From the NCBI RefSeq assembly GCF_963921235.1, contig NC_086108.1, forward strand, positions 13,640,001-13,704,000: 64,000 nucleotides of DNA, given 5' to 3'. Shown here piece by piece: positions 12,233 through 25,559 of this stretch. Both the position numbers and the translations under genes were made by a program. The notes beneath the pieces were generated by a model, which ran no database searches, was not told the DNA's origin, and saw nothing but the letters and a program-made list of their open reading frames with translations. The DNA is from Mobula hypostoma (Eukaryota). The number at the start of each line of letters is the position of its first letter. Position 1 is the first letter of the stretch.

Positions 12233-13330
12233 ATAGACTAAGGCAAATCAGCTGATATTGTGCATTTCGATTTTCAGAAGGCCTTTAATAAGGTGCCAAA
12301 CAAGGCTGCTTAACAAGCTACCAGCCCATGGTATTACAGGGAAGATTCTAGCATGGATAAAGCAGTGGCTGATTGTCAGGAGGCAAAGAGTGAGAATAAA
12401 GGAGCTTTTTTTGACTAGCTGCTGGTGACTAGTGGTATTCCACAGGGGTCTGTATTGGGACAGATTTTTTTAATGTTATATGTTAATGATTGCACAATGG
12501 AATTAATGACTTTGTTGCAAAGTTTGCCGATGATACAAAAATAGGTGGAGGAGCGGGTAGTTTTGAGGAAGTAAAGAGGCTACAGAAGGACTTAAGATTA
12601 GAAGAATGAGCAAAGAAATAGCAGATGGAATACAGTGTCAGGAAGTGTATGGTCATGCACTTTGCACCTCAGTTTTTGTATTTTCTCTCCATTTACAAAA
12701 TAGTCAACCTTTTCTTCAACCAAAGGGACTTAGGAGTCCTTGTGCAGGATTCCCTGGTGAGGAAGGCAAATGTAATGTTAGTATTCTTTTCAATAGGACT
12801 AGAATATAAAAGCAAGGATGTAATGTTGACACTTTATAAAGCACTGGTGAGGCCTCTCTTGGAGTACTGTGAGCAGTTTTGGACCCCTTATCTTAGAAAG
12901 AATGTGCTGAAACTGGAAATGGTTCAAAGGAGATTCACGAAAATGATACCAGGTTTGAATGGCTTGTCATATGAAGAGCATTTGATTACTCTGGGCATGT
13001 ATTCACTAGAATTTAGAAGAATGAAAAGTGACCTCATTAAAACCGAGAAGAGAGGGGAGTCCTCTGTTTTGAGAGGGAGATTAGGAGGAATTTCTTTAGC
13101 CAGCGAGTGATAACTCAGTGGAATTCTTTGCCACATGCAGCTGTGAAGGCCAAGCTTTTATATTTATTTAAGGTAAAGGTTGATAGATTCTTAATTGGTC
13201 AGGGCATGAAGGGATACGAGGAGAAAGCAGGAGATCAGGGATGAGGGGAAAAATGGATCAATGATGAAATAGCAGAGCAGACTCGATGGGCCAAATGGTC
13301 TAATTCTGCTCCTATGTCTTATGGTCTTAA
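12233..13330 (+). mobile_element. CR1 LINE 3' portion, decayed
   Basis: DFQKAFNKVP-, SGIPQGSVLG- and KFADDTK-like remnants; ORF 12625..13110 LYKALVRPLLEYC..VQRRFTKMIPGL; tail cctatgtcttatggtctta. Confidence 0.85.
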
Positions 13331-13334
13331 TTCT

Positions 13335-14520
13335 AGCTATGATCAAAACTCTCAAAACACTTCATTTCTATAGATGTGTGTGCAAGTGGACAACAGTTGT
13401 TGAGGCAGTTTCCCCTGCTCTTCTTGGGCACCTCACTTGCTTCAGGTGAGAACCTGCAGTCGGAGGTTCTCAGCTGAAGCAAATGAAGACATCCTTGAAC
13501 ACTCCAGTCTGTTGGTTGGCACTTTTTCCAGTGTCCTACCAGGTAAACATCAGAGCCTGACACCTTGTGAGGGTTCACCCTCTTGAAAGATGTTCTGATG
13601 TCAATCTCAGACAAATATCACAGGGTAGCCGGATGCTGCAGTGATTTGCACAGGTGTAGCTTTATTCTCCCTTTCAAAGCGTGCATAAAAGACATTGCAC
13701 TCATCTGGAAGTGAAGAATCCACAGCCACTTATGATGTTAGGAAGTAATAGCTTTCAAACCCTGCTAGAGCTGATATCCATCTGATTCCATCTAACTTCA
13801 CCCGAATTATTTTCCTGCTCTTAATATACCCTCTGTAGTTTGCAAGTGGACTTCTTGTAGAGTTCTGGATCACCAGTCTTGAATTCAACAGATCTAGCCC
13901 TCAGCACACTTCAAATTAATGGTTCATCCACAGTTTCTGGTTTGGGTATGTCTGGTACATTCTCAAAGGCACACACTCATCCACACAGGTCTTGATGAAG
14001 CCAGATCCAAAGATGAATCCCCAATGATAGTCTAGTCCACCAATTCAAAGCAGTCCTAGGTGCTCATCCACCTTCCTTGACAGATCTTCACTGCCCTTGC
14101 CATTAGTGTTGCAGCACTCAGTCTTTACCTGTACACCAGGAATAGAAGTACAGCCAGGTGCTCAGACTTGCGAAAGTACGAATGTGGGATCACATGGCAA
14201 GTGTTCTTAATAGCGGTGTAATAGTGGTCGAGTATGTTGGCTCCTCAGGTTCCACAGGTGATACATTCGTAGTAATTGGTTAGAGACTTCTTTAAGCTGC
14301 CCTGGTTGATGTCCCCACAATGATCTGGAAACCATCTGGGTGCGCTGTCTCATGACTGCAGATCACAGTGCTCAGCTCCTCCAGTGCCTGCTCAACTTTG
14401 ACTAAGGGTGGAATGTACACTGCAACCAGGATGGAACCGGAAAACTCCTACCAACAGATAAAACGGACAATACTACACAGGCCAGGTTGGAGGAGCAGGC
14501 GTGAGACAAAACTGCCACAT
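13335..14520 (-). mobile_element. Decayed Rex1/Babar-type LINE endonuclease/linker fragment
   Basis: Remnants GANILDHYYT, SEHLAVLL, FKRVNPHKVSGSD, MKCFE. Confidence 0.6.
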
Positions 14521-15347
14521 CATCACAAATCATCTTGGCCCTGTCAGTACATTGGTTGATGAAGATTGTAATGCAGTACAGACCAATGAAAGGCTTCTTC
14601 AATGTTACAGACAGGTATAATCATGGGTAGCTTCTGAAGATTGCACAGGCCTAACCAGTATCATATCCATTTCTCAACACTGTACACAAAACCAATTGTC
14701 TGACATCAGTTTTAAATTCCAGATAGACCCCAACATGCATGACCTTTAGAATTCCATAAGCTTGTGTAAAACTGTTAACCAATTTAGCTCTGAACTGCCA
14801 GCTCTAACTAATCTATTAGTCTGTGTTTTGGATTTCCTCACATTATAAAGCAATTTCCATGTACCCTATTAAATCTATTTGTCACTGTAAACTGCATGAT
14901 CTCAGCAATTCCCAGAGTCTTGGCTGAATTTTTAAACTGCTCATCTAAACATCTACTTACAGATTAAGGATATAGTACAGTAGACACAAAGGGCTGGTCC
15001 TACACATTGACTCCAACTTTGTCTGAGTTCAAATAGCAATATTACCATAATAAATTTGGCAAAATGACTCATTGGAGTATTTTCAAAATGCTACCTAAAT
15101 AAGCTAAGGGGATACTACCCCTTATCTCTACTGTACTAATAAATTGTGGTTGCTTTGAGAACTAAAAAACAATATAAAGCCCTGATTAAAGCACAGAGTT
15201 GTGCTTTATCCTTGGAAGAACTGGAATTGTCTTGGGTTTATCCCACCATGCACCTGGTCCATAGCATTTAATCCCTGATGCTCACTAACCAGAGACTACT
15301 TAAATGTGATGAGCCATTCCTCCTCCACTACCCCAATATTGTTTTTA

Positions 15348-15657
15348 TATATAGGCATCCGTTAGTCTCACGAGACCATGGATTTGCACCTTGGAAAGTT
15401 TCCAGGGCGCAGGCCTGGGCAAGGTTGTATGGAAGACCAGCAGTTGCCCGTGCTGCAAGTCTCCCCTCTCCACGCCACTGATGTTGTCCAAGGGAAGGGC
15501 ATTAGGACCCATACAGCTTGGCACCAGTGTCGTTGCAGAGCAATGTGTTTGGTTAAGTGCCTTGCTCAAGAACACACACGTTGCCTCAGCCAAGGCTTGA
15601 ACTAGCGACCTTCAAATCACTAGACGAACGCCTTAACCACTTGGCCACGTGCCAACA
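15348..15657 (-). mobile_element. tRNA-derived CORE-type SINE
   Basis: Reverse complement of the copy at 54025-54325; A-box tggccaagtgg, B-box-like gttcaagcc, CORE-like cttgagcaaggcacttaacc. Confidence 0.7.
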
Positions 15658-17069
15658 TAATACTTACAGCATGAAGTGCGCTCTAAAACCCTATCGTTCA
15701 TTAAGTAAAATTTTCCTCAACTGCACTCTACCAATTTTATTTTAGATTGATTATATTGATTCACATTTCTCCACACTGAATTCCATCTTCAACTATTGTG
15801 CTCAGCCAATCACAGATAGCTTCCTGTCATCTACATATTCTTCACTCTCAATGACACTACCAATTAAATTATCAGCAGCATAGTGCTTAAATGTAGCTCT
15901 TCCACGTTAATCAAAATTATTCAAGTGTACCATGACAAAAATCTGTAAAAAAAATTTATTGAACACTTTGAAATCCACAAAGATGAAAGGCAACACTCTA
16001 CAATGCCTCAAAAAAATCAATCAACCCTTCCAACCTCTCCACAAAGTCTATTTTCATCTCTATGGCTCTAATCTACTCTCTTCACTTATTCTTCATTAAA
16101 ACTTCATTAAAAAGGCTTCTCCTTGAAATTGCCTGCCAAATTATTTTTATGTAAGTGCTTTGACTTCCATATACATTTTTCCCTAAATTTCATCTCTGCA
16201 TCTTTCACAAATCCTCAAGGTATTCCAAAATGTTCAACTCTTGTAACCTTCATACACTTCCTTTGTATGTTTCCTTTTGTCCTGCATGGTCCTTGAGCTC
16301 CCAATGGGACCTAGAATTAAGAGCTCCTTTTGCTTAGAGTATATATTTTTTAAACAACTGAATGACTTACATTCAAATTTCTGGTCCACCTTTGTCGAAT
16401 CATACATCAGCCTAGTAAAACTGTCCTAGTCCCAGTTTAGAACATTTTCTCTTAATTTAACTTGTTTTTTTTTTGCCAATCACAATACACAATCTATGAG
16501 CATTGATCACTGTCCAATATCTTCCCTCAGGGTCATTTTTCATTTGCCCAGGTTCAGTCCATAGCCTCCTAGTAACACCACCTCTCCTATTAGGCTTCTA
16601 GCATCTTACTCAGACCAAAATATCCTCATAAAAGTAAAAACCCATGAGATTTTTTTTTAAACTTTCATAAATGGCCAGTTAACATCAAGGTGAACTGAAG
16701 CTTCAATTATCAATACATGCAATTTTGTACTTTAGAAATAGAAATGTTTTAAACCTCTATCACAGTTTTGGAATGTATAGTAAAATCGACTGTCCCTTTA
16801 TTCCTTTTTCCCGTAAATCAATCTCCTTGGTAAGTATTGACCAAATTAATAGTATGTTGAAAGTCAGGTTATGGATTAGATTGGAATTACAAAGTGAAAA
16901 ATTGAGGTTTTCCATGCATGTAATTACTTAACCTAATGTCAAAGCATTATCAGAAAAGTATTCACTTAAGGAGGAAACTAGAATTTAATGTTAACAAATG
17001 CTACAATATGAGCTCCTGCCAGTAACTGCCTATAGGGTAGATCTCAATTGGATTATCTCAATATTTAAC

Positions 17070-17355
17070 TTATGTATTGAGATACAGCATGGAATTGGCT
17101 ATTCCAGCCCTTCAAGCCACACCATGCAGCAATCCCCCGATTTTATCCTAGCCTAATCACGGGACAATTTACAATGAGCAATTAACCTACCAACCGGTAA
17201 GTTTTTAGACTGTCGGAAGAAACCAGGGCACCCAGAGGAAACCCACTTGGTCTTGGGGAGGACGCACAAACTCCTTACAGGCAACAGTGGGAATTAAACC
17301 CCAGTCACCTGGACTGTAAAGTGTTGAGCTAACCACTACATTACCATATCACCCT
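17070..17355 (-). mobile_element. HE1-like V-SINE
   Basis: Minus strand has a tRNA-like head (gtagtggttagc...ggtttaattccc), V-domain-like aggagtttg...gtgggtttcctctgggtgc, and a LINE-like tail; second copy at 56940-57223. Confidence 0.7.
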
Positions 17356-17506
17356 GTGTTTTAATGTTTTATATCCACCTTTCTCAATGCATGCTTAACC
17401 TTGCAACTCTTCTCTGATCCAACTTTATACTCCCCCACCCGTCTGGCCAACATTACTGACCAACCACTTAGCCCCAGTATTTTCCAACAGAATGCAGAAC
17501 ACTCAC

Positions 17507-17626
17507 AGCTTCCAGCTGCTGTTTCTTCTGCATAATAAGCTCCAGCATGAGGTTAACATTGGCAAGATCCAAACTGTCCTGGTCTGCAATTAAAACATCT
17601 TGTATTGCCTGCCATCTGTGACCATT
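17507..17626 (-). CDS. COP1: COP1 exon 5 equivalent, 120 bp, start of coiled coil
   Basis: Translates [40 protein letters not shown]; tag/gtgagt borders. Confidence 0.96.
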
Positions 17627-18262
17627 CTAGAAAAGAAAGCAGGTAACATAAAAATACATCAACATTGAGTATCCAGCCAAAAGGAAAAAAAAAACTATAT
17701 CCAGCAGCATCAAAACCAACCGTTAGTCATCCCATTCCTGTCTTGCCTCAACATATGCTCACCATTACTGCACCCCAGTTCATTGTTTCCTAATTCCCAC
17801 TTTTCCCCACCCCCGTTTCAGGCCCCCTTCATCATAATTCCATTATCAATTCCTCAAAGCCAACTCATGCTAACATTCCCCTGCTATACATTCCATCTCA
17901 TCCAATATATAATATTGTTGCAAAGTATCCTCCTGGTGCATGCCATTATCATCTAGAAATACCTCAGCTACTCAAATACATCTTCCTAGCTTGAAACAAT
18001 GGTGAACAGCAACAGCAATATAAGTAAGGACATTACTTATTACCAAGTGGACTGAGTGACGAATTTTCTGTAATTATTCCATTCTGATTTCAATTTATAT
18101 TGACATCCTTCAATCAATTCTGCCATATGACTGTCTGTACCCATCTACCCATCATTAACAGTTAATAATGTACCTTAGTAATCATTAAATGAGCTCCACT
18201 AGACAGTCTGCAGTACACTCAGGACCGCTCAGGTATATATGGTAATATTCATCAGTACTTAC

Positions 18263-18327
18263 TGGGTGTTCCAGTTTTATTCGCTTATCTTCAAACCTTT
18301 GCTTCTGTTTCAGGATTAGTTCATTAA
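18263..18327 (-). CDS. COP1: COP1 exon 4 equivalent, 65 bp
   Basis: Translates (V)[21 protein letters not shown]; tag acceptor and gtaagt donor. Confidence 0.93.
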
Positions 18328-18604
18328 CTATAAGTGAAGAGAAAATTTAGCCAAGTAGCAATCAAACATTATTAACAAAAAAATAATTGTTCTAACTTCA
18401 ATATAGAATTTTCCAGCAGGACAATGTGATTAAGCAGACCAGCTTAAAAGTACTTTATTGCTTTCAGCAATGCTGCACACTCCCTATGAGGACATAGGAA
18501 TCATGTGCTTTTGCCCACAAATCCATCAGGACAGAAAGCATCTGTTCTTATTACTTCACCTTTCCTGTCTATCATGTTACAATCAGAACAAGAGTAGCCT
18601 ATTT

Positions 18605-19762
18605 ACAATGGGGCTAGAAAGTTTGTGAACACTATAGAATTTTCTGTTTCTGTATAAATATGACCTGAAATGTGATTAGATCTTCACGCATCCTAAAACT
18701 AAATAAACAGAACCCAATTAAATGAATAACAAAACCTTATCCTTGTTTGTTTATTGAGAAAAATGATAGAATATTACATGTGTTTGTTGGAAAAAAGTAT
18801 GTGAACTTTTGCTTTCAGTAACAGGTGTGACCCCCTTGTACAGCAATAATTTCAACCAAACGTTTCCAGTAACTGTTGATCAGTCCTGCACATCAGCTTG
18901 GAGGAATTTTAGGTCCTGCCTCCATACAAAACAGCTTCAATTCTGGGATGTTGGTGGGTTTCCCTGCATGAACTGCTTGCTTCAGGTCTTTCCACAACAT
19001 TTCTACAGGATTAGGACAAGGACTTTGACTCTGCCATTTCAAAACATGAATTTTCTTCTTTTTAAACCATTCTGTTCTTGATTTACTCTCGTCTTTTGGG
19101 TTATTGTGTTATTAAATTATCCAACTTCTATTAAGCTTCAGGTTATGGACTGCTCCCCTGACATTCTCCTGCAAAACGTGTTGATACCATTTTGAATTCA
19201 TTATTCCATCAACGATTGCAAGCTGTTCAGGCCCTGGGGCAGCAAAGCAGCCCCAAATCACCATGCTTCACAGTTGGGATGAGATTTTGGTGTTGGTGTG
19301 CAGCCCCCTTTTCCCTCCAAACATAGCAATGTGCAGTTCTGACATGAAGTTCAACTTGTGTCTCATCTGTCCACAGAATATTGTCCCAGAAACGTTGTAG
19401 AACATCCAGGTGAACTTTAACAAAGATGAATCGTACAGCAATGTTTTTTTTTGGAGGGAAGTGGTTTCCTCCACAGTGTCCTTCATGAATACCATTCTTG
19501 TTGTGTTTTTCTTATAGTGGACATCTGAACAGACCTGAAAATTCTGGAGATTTCTGCAGGTCTTTTGCTGTTACCTTTGAGTTCTTTTTCACTCCCTTCA
19601 GTACTGCACTGTGCTCTTGGTGTGATCTTTGCAGGATCTCCACTCCTAGGGAGAGTAGCAACAGTACCCTCCATTTGTAGACAATTTCTCTTACTGTGGA
19701 CTGATGAACATTCAGGTCTTTAGAAATGCTTTTTCTAACCTTTTCCAACTTCTTGCACTTCC
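18605..19762 (-). mobile_element. Tc1-type DNA transposon, decayed, one TIR retained
   Basis: TA-caatggggctagaaagtttgtgaac terminus; ORFs KSISKDLNVHQSTVREIVYKWR and TVATLPRSGDPAKITPRAQ (paired-type HTH). Confidence 0.85.
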
Positions 19763-19769
19763 TGGCCTT

Positions 19770-22700
19770 CTCCCCGTAGCCTTTGATGCCATGTCAATCA
19801 AAACCCTATCAAGCTCTGCCTTAAAAGCAGCCAGCTTGCCCTCCACAGCTGCCTGCGGTAATAAATTCCACAAATTCTCCACCCTCTGGCTAACGAAACT
19901 CTGTTTTAAATAAACGCCCCTTTATCCTGAGGCTGTGCCCTCTTGCCCTAGACTCCCACACTATGGGAAACATCCTTTCCACATCTTCTCTGTATAGGCC
20001 CATCAACATTCGAAAGGTTTCAATGAGAATCCGCCCTCACCCTTCCAAATTACAAAGAGTACAGACCCAGACCTATTAAACATTCCTCATATGATAACCC
20101 TTTCCTTCCCGGAAAATCCCTGTGAACCTCTTCTGAGCCCTCTTCAATGCCAGCACATCTTTTCTTAGATGAGGAGCCCAAAACTAGTCATAATACTCGA
20201 ATTGAGGCCTCACCAGAGCCTCAGCATCACATCCCTGCTCCTGTATTCTTGGCCTCTTGCAACGAATGCTAACAGTGCATTTGGCTTCCTCACCACTGAC
20301 TCAACCTGCATGTTAACCTTAAGGGTGTTCTGCACAAGGACCCCAAGATTTTTGGATTTTCTCCCCGTTTAGAAAACGGTCAGCACATTTATTTCTTCTA
20401 CCAAACTGTATGACCATGCATTTTTCAACATTGTATTTCATTTGCCACTTTCTTGCCCATTCTTCTAACCTGTCTAAATCCTTCTGCAGCCTACCTGTTT
20501 CCTCAACACTACCTGCCCCTCCAATCTTCATATCATCCGCAAACTTGGCAACAGAGCCATCTATTCCCTCAACCAAATCATTGACATACAGCATAAAAAG
20601 CGGCCCCAACACCGGCCCATGCAGAACACCACTAGTCACTGACAGCCAACCAGAACAGGGTCCTTTTATTCCCACTCACTACCTTCTACCAATCAGCCAA
20701 TGCTCTAACCACACCAGTAAGTTTCCTGTAATGCCACGGGCTCTTAACGTGGTAAGCAGCCTCATGTGTGGCACGTTGTCAAAGGACTTCTGAAAATCCA
20801 AAAATACAACATCCACTGCATCCCCTTTATCTATCCTACGTGTAATCTCCTCAAAGAATTCCAACAGGTTCGTCAGGTGAGAATTTCTCTCAAGTTGAAC
20901 CTGCTGACTTTGCCCCATCTTGTCCTGTGTCACCAAGTACTCCATAACCTCATTCCTAACAACTGACACTTACATCTTCCCAACCACTGAGGTCAGGCTA
21001 ACTGGTCTATAATTTCCTATCCGCTGCCTTCCTCCTTTCTTAAAAGGGTGGAGTGACATTTCCAATTTTCCAGTCATTTGGCACCATGCCAGAGTCCAAT
21101 AATTATTGAAAGATCATTACTAATGCCTCCAAAATCTCAACTGCTACCTCAGAACCCTAAGATGCAGTTCATCTGGTCCGAGTGACTTATGTACCCTTAG
21201 GTCTTCCAGCTTTTTGAGCACCTTCTGCTTTGTAATAACTGCACTCACTTTTCTTCCTTCACATCCTTGAACACCTGGAACAGTGCTGGTGTCTTCCACA
21301 ATGAAGACTCGTTTAGTTCATCTGCCATCTCATTGTCCCACATTATTATTTCTCCGGCCTCATTTTCTAGCAGTCCTATATCCACTCTTGTCTCTTTACA
21401 TCTTGAAAAAGCTTTTACTATCCACTTTGATATTGTTTGCTAGCTTGCTTTCATATTTCACCTTTTCCCTCCTAATGATTCTTTTAGTTACTCTCTGTAG
21501 GGTTTTAAAACCTTTCCAGTACTCAGTCTTCCCACTATTTTTTGCTGTGTTGTTTTTACATTAACTTTGACTTCCCTTGTCAGCCACGGTACTACAGGTG
21601 TTCCCCGCTTTCCAAACATTCTCTTTATGACATTCCGCTTTTACGAAAGACCTGTTCTTACCTGTTAGTACCTGTTTTTATGAAAAAAGATGCTTGCTTT
21701 AAACTTGTGTTTACCCCAAGAAAGACTACCATGACCATGAAGCCTTGCGCGGGCAGGTGTGTGTGCATGCGTGACGTGCGAATGCATCTATGTATGCCTG
21801 CGTGGCGTGCGTGTACGTGTGAATGCGTGACGTGCACATGCGAGTACATGCCGATTTTTTTCCAACAAATTGATTTTGGCTCAAACTTCCTGATTCTGTT
21901 AAGTGAAACTACACTTTATTTCTACTTTATATAGGCTGTGTATATATCATATCATTCCTGCTTTTACTATATGTTAGTGTTATTCTAGGTTTTATGTGCT
22001 ATTTGGTATGATTTGGTAGGTTAGTTTTTGGGTCTGGGAATGCTCAAAAATTTTTCCCATATAAATTAATGCTAATTGCTTCTTCGCTTTACGCCATTTC
22101 GGCTTACAAACGATTTCAAAGGAACGTTCTACATTCGGATAACGGGGGGGAAACCTGTATTTTGCCATTTGAGTATTTCTTTTTTTTTGGACTACATCTA
22201 TCCTGCACCTTCCTTATTTTTCTCAGAAACTCACACCATTGCTGCACTGCAGTCATCCCTGCCAGCATCTCCTTCCATATTTACTTTAGCCAACTCCTCT
22301 CTAATACCATTGTAATTTCCTTTACTCCTCTGAAATACTGCTATGTCAGATTTTACTTTCTCCCCATCAAATTTCAAGTTGCACTCAATCATATTGTGAT
22401 CACTGCCACCTAAAGGTTCTTCTACCTTAAGCTTACTGATCACCTCTGGTCCATTACATATCACACAATCCAGTATAGCTGATCCCCTAGTAGACTCAAC
22501 TCAACAATGCTAGATAAAACAAACTCACTCTCTCGAGATCCATTACCAACCTCATTTTCCTAATCAACCTATATGGTGAAATCTCCAATGACTATAATAA
22601 CATTGCCCTTTAGACACACCTTTTCTATTTCCCATTGCAATTTGTGGTCCACATCCCAGCTATTGTTGGGAGGCCTGCTTATAACAGCATCAGGGTCCTT

Positions 22701-24300
22701 TTACTCTTGCAGTTTCTTAACTCAACCCACAAGAATTCAACATTTTCTGATCTTATGACACATCTTTCTATTGATTTGATGCCATTCACTACCAGCAGAG
22801 CCACGCCACCACCCTCCACCTACCTTCCTATCCCTCTGATACAACATGTAACCTTGGACATTCACCTCCCAACTACAACCATCTTTCAGCCATGATTCAG
22901 TGATAGCCACAACATCATATCTGACAATCCGTAAAAGTGCAACAAGATCATCCACCTTATTTCTTATACACCATGCACTGAGATATAACACTTCGAGTAC
23001 TGTATTTGCTAGCCTTTTTGATTCTGCATTCCCAATGCACTGATACTCACCCTGCTGGCTGCAATTTTGTTCCATTATCTGCCTGCACTTCCTGAAAGTC
23101 TGACTGCATGGTAGCTTTGCTTTTTTACCATCACCCATCTTATCCTGAACCCCTTTACTTCAGTTCCCACATCTCTGCCAAATTAGTTTAAACCCTCCCC
23201 AACAGCTCTGACAAATCTGTCCACGAGAATATTGGTCCCCCTTGGGTTCACGTACAACCCGTCACTTTTGAACAGGTCATGCTTCCCCAGAAGAGATCCC
23301 AATAATCTGAAAACCTGAAGCCCTGCCAAACATTAATCTGCCAAATCACTCTGGGATCTCTACCTTCACTGGCACATGGCATAAGCGGCAATCCAGAAAT
23401 TACTACCCTGGAGGTCCTGCTTCTCAGCTTTCTACCTAGCTCTCTAAATTTTCTTTTCAGGACCTCTTTGCTTTTACTGCCTATGTCATTGGTACCAATA
23501 TGTATGAAGACATCTGTCTGCTTTCCCTCCCCCTCCAAAATGCTGTGGACGCAATCTGAGATGTCCCTTACCCTAACAACTGGGAGACAACATACCATCC
23601 GAGTGTCCCGTTCACGTCTACAGAATCTCCTGTCTGGTCCCCTGACTCTCAAGTCCCCTACCGCTATTGCTCTCCTCTTCTCCCTCTTTCCTTCTTCACT
23701 CTTTTGCACAGTGCCAGTAACCCGGTCCCCATGACATTCCCCTGAAAGGTCAGTACAGAATCTAAAACTGTATACTTATTATTGACAGAAATAACAACAG
23801 GTGTGCTCTGCGCTAACTGCCTATTCACATTTCCATTTCTCCTGACATTTATCCAGCTATTCGCCTCCTGCAACTTAGGGATGTCTACTTCCCTGTAACT
23901 CTGATCCACTATCTCCACATACTCCCATACAAGCCAAAGGACATCCAGTTGCTGCTCCAGCTCCCTAATACATTTTTCAAGGAGCTGCGGCTGGATGCAC
24001 TTCATGCAGATGTAATTCCCTGGATACTCTGGGTCTCCAACATCCAACACGTAGAACACACAATAGTCAAATACTACACTAGGTATTGTAAGAAAGGAAA
24101 AAAAAGGGGAACCTTAACAGAAACTTACTCAGACCCAACGCCTCTTTCGAGCTGAAGCCTCCTTTGAGCCGAAGCCTGACACTCCTATTCTTACCACTGG
24201 CCTACTCCCAACAATGGCCACCCCACTTGTCCATTCTGTATTTTTAAAGTGTCACGAACCTGCGAGGAACTTTGTTGCTGTGTCCTGCTCCTGCCGCTGA
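19770..24300 (-). mobile_element. Near-full-length decayed CR1 LINE (ORF1 Zn-finger + SGNH esterase; ORF2 APE + RT), interrupted by a Tigger-type MITE
   Basis: YICMKC..LEQQLD, HIGTNDIG, YDVVAITESWL, GSDHNMI, DFQKSFDNVPH, KFADDMK fragments in correct order. Confidence 0.9.
21595..22157. mobile_element. Tigger/pogo-family non-autonomous element (MITE) with TA TSD
   Basis: ta|caggtgttccccgcttt ... aacgggggggaaacctg|ta; shares termini and 3' subterminal region with 54336-55829. Confidence 0.85.
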
Positions 24301-24529
24301 TTGGGCCATCAGAATATTAGGTTGAATATTCATCTATTTGGCATGGTCATTTGGGTTGGAAGGGCCTGTATGACTAATCTAATGCCAGTAACTGGAAGAA
24401 GCATTAGGGGAGAGATGAGGTAAGATTTTTAGGAAGAGCTGGGGAACGGAATACACTTTTCAAATGGGTGGTGGAAGGAACACCCATGTTTAAAATAGCA
24501 TCTGTCCATCACCCATATATCTATACATT

Positions 24530-24865
24530 TTGTTTCTCCTTTACTATCTCTCCCCATCCTCTGTTTGGTTCTATCATCCCTCCTTATCTGTTTCCATCCA
24601 TCATCTACTAGCTTGTCTCTAACCTTCCCCTCCCTTTCTCTACCAAGTTCTATCTGTTAAATCTCACCACCCACCGCCCCCCACCATCACCACGTTGTTT
24701 CCACCAGCCTCTGCCACACCCCTCCTTCTCACTTCTTTATACCAGCTATCCTCCCTTTACACACATTCCTGATGCAGGATCTTGACCCGAAACATCGACC
24801 ATCTCTTTGCCTCCACAAGGTGCTGCCAGACCCTGAGCTCTTCCTGCAGTTTAATCTCCAGTACT
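24530..24865 (+). repeat. Old Penelope-type terminal-repeat remnant with diverged hammerhead motif (~24767-24800)
   Basis: Pyrimidine-rich tract, then cctgatgcaggatcttgacccgaaacatcgac...tgctgcc. Confidence 0.6.
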
Positions 24866-25559
24866 TGTGTACTTGAAGAGCCACGATCCAACGCTGGAAG
24901 GCGGAACCAGGCTGGACAACTCTTGTTCAATTGGTCAATGCACAAAGGGTTAAATGATCTTGATTAGATATTTTAAATGACTATGAAATGTACATCATGA
25001 ATTGGATAGACTCAATCTCCCTCTAGTGTCCAGTGAAACAACGTGGCAATATTTCTGACTGAAGATCACCAATAGCTCAGTATAACATTGGCCACCTACC
25101 TCGTCCTCCCTCCAAAACTCAAAATGCAATTCAGTACAAATTTATTTATCAAAGACTAGCAAGAACATAGATCTCACTAGCACAATAAGTGGTTAAAGCA
25201 AATGATATGGGTATGTCTAATGAAAGGCTAGTGAATCAGTAAAACAAGAGGTATATAGAGATTTAGAGAAACATGGATAGAGTCAGGCGGACTGACTAGG
25301 CCATGCCACTTTATTGTAATCACATACATTTTCTTAACTCTTCTAGTCACACTGATTCAGAGAATAAATTATTATACTGGTACAAACTCACATTTGTCAG
25401 ATTTATGCCATTCATTTCAAGTGCCATTGTGCCATGCTTTCTATCAATTAATTACCTAATCAAATTGATGAAAAATCCTTGCACCCAACTGAAATTGGCC
25501 ATGCCTTCCTAAGTTACACTATGCCTGTATTTTTCCCTGTATGCACTGCCTGGACAACT

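Noticed and set aside
18044..18067. Possible 24-nt in-frame microexon (KIRHSVHL) in intron 4, minus strand, cag...gtaata
   Set aside because: No polypyrimidine tract, weak donor and no homology I recognise; would need RNA-seq support
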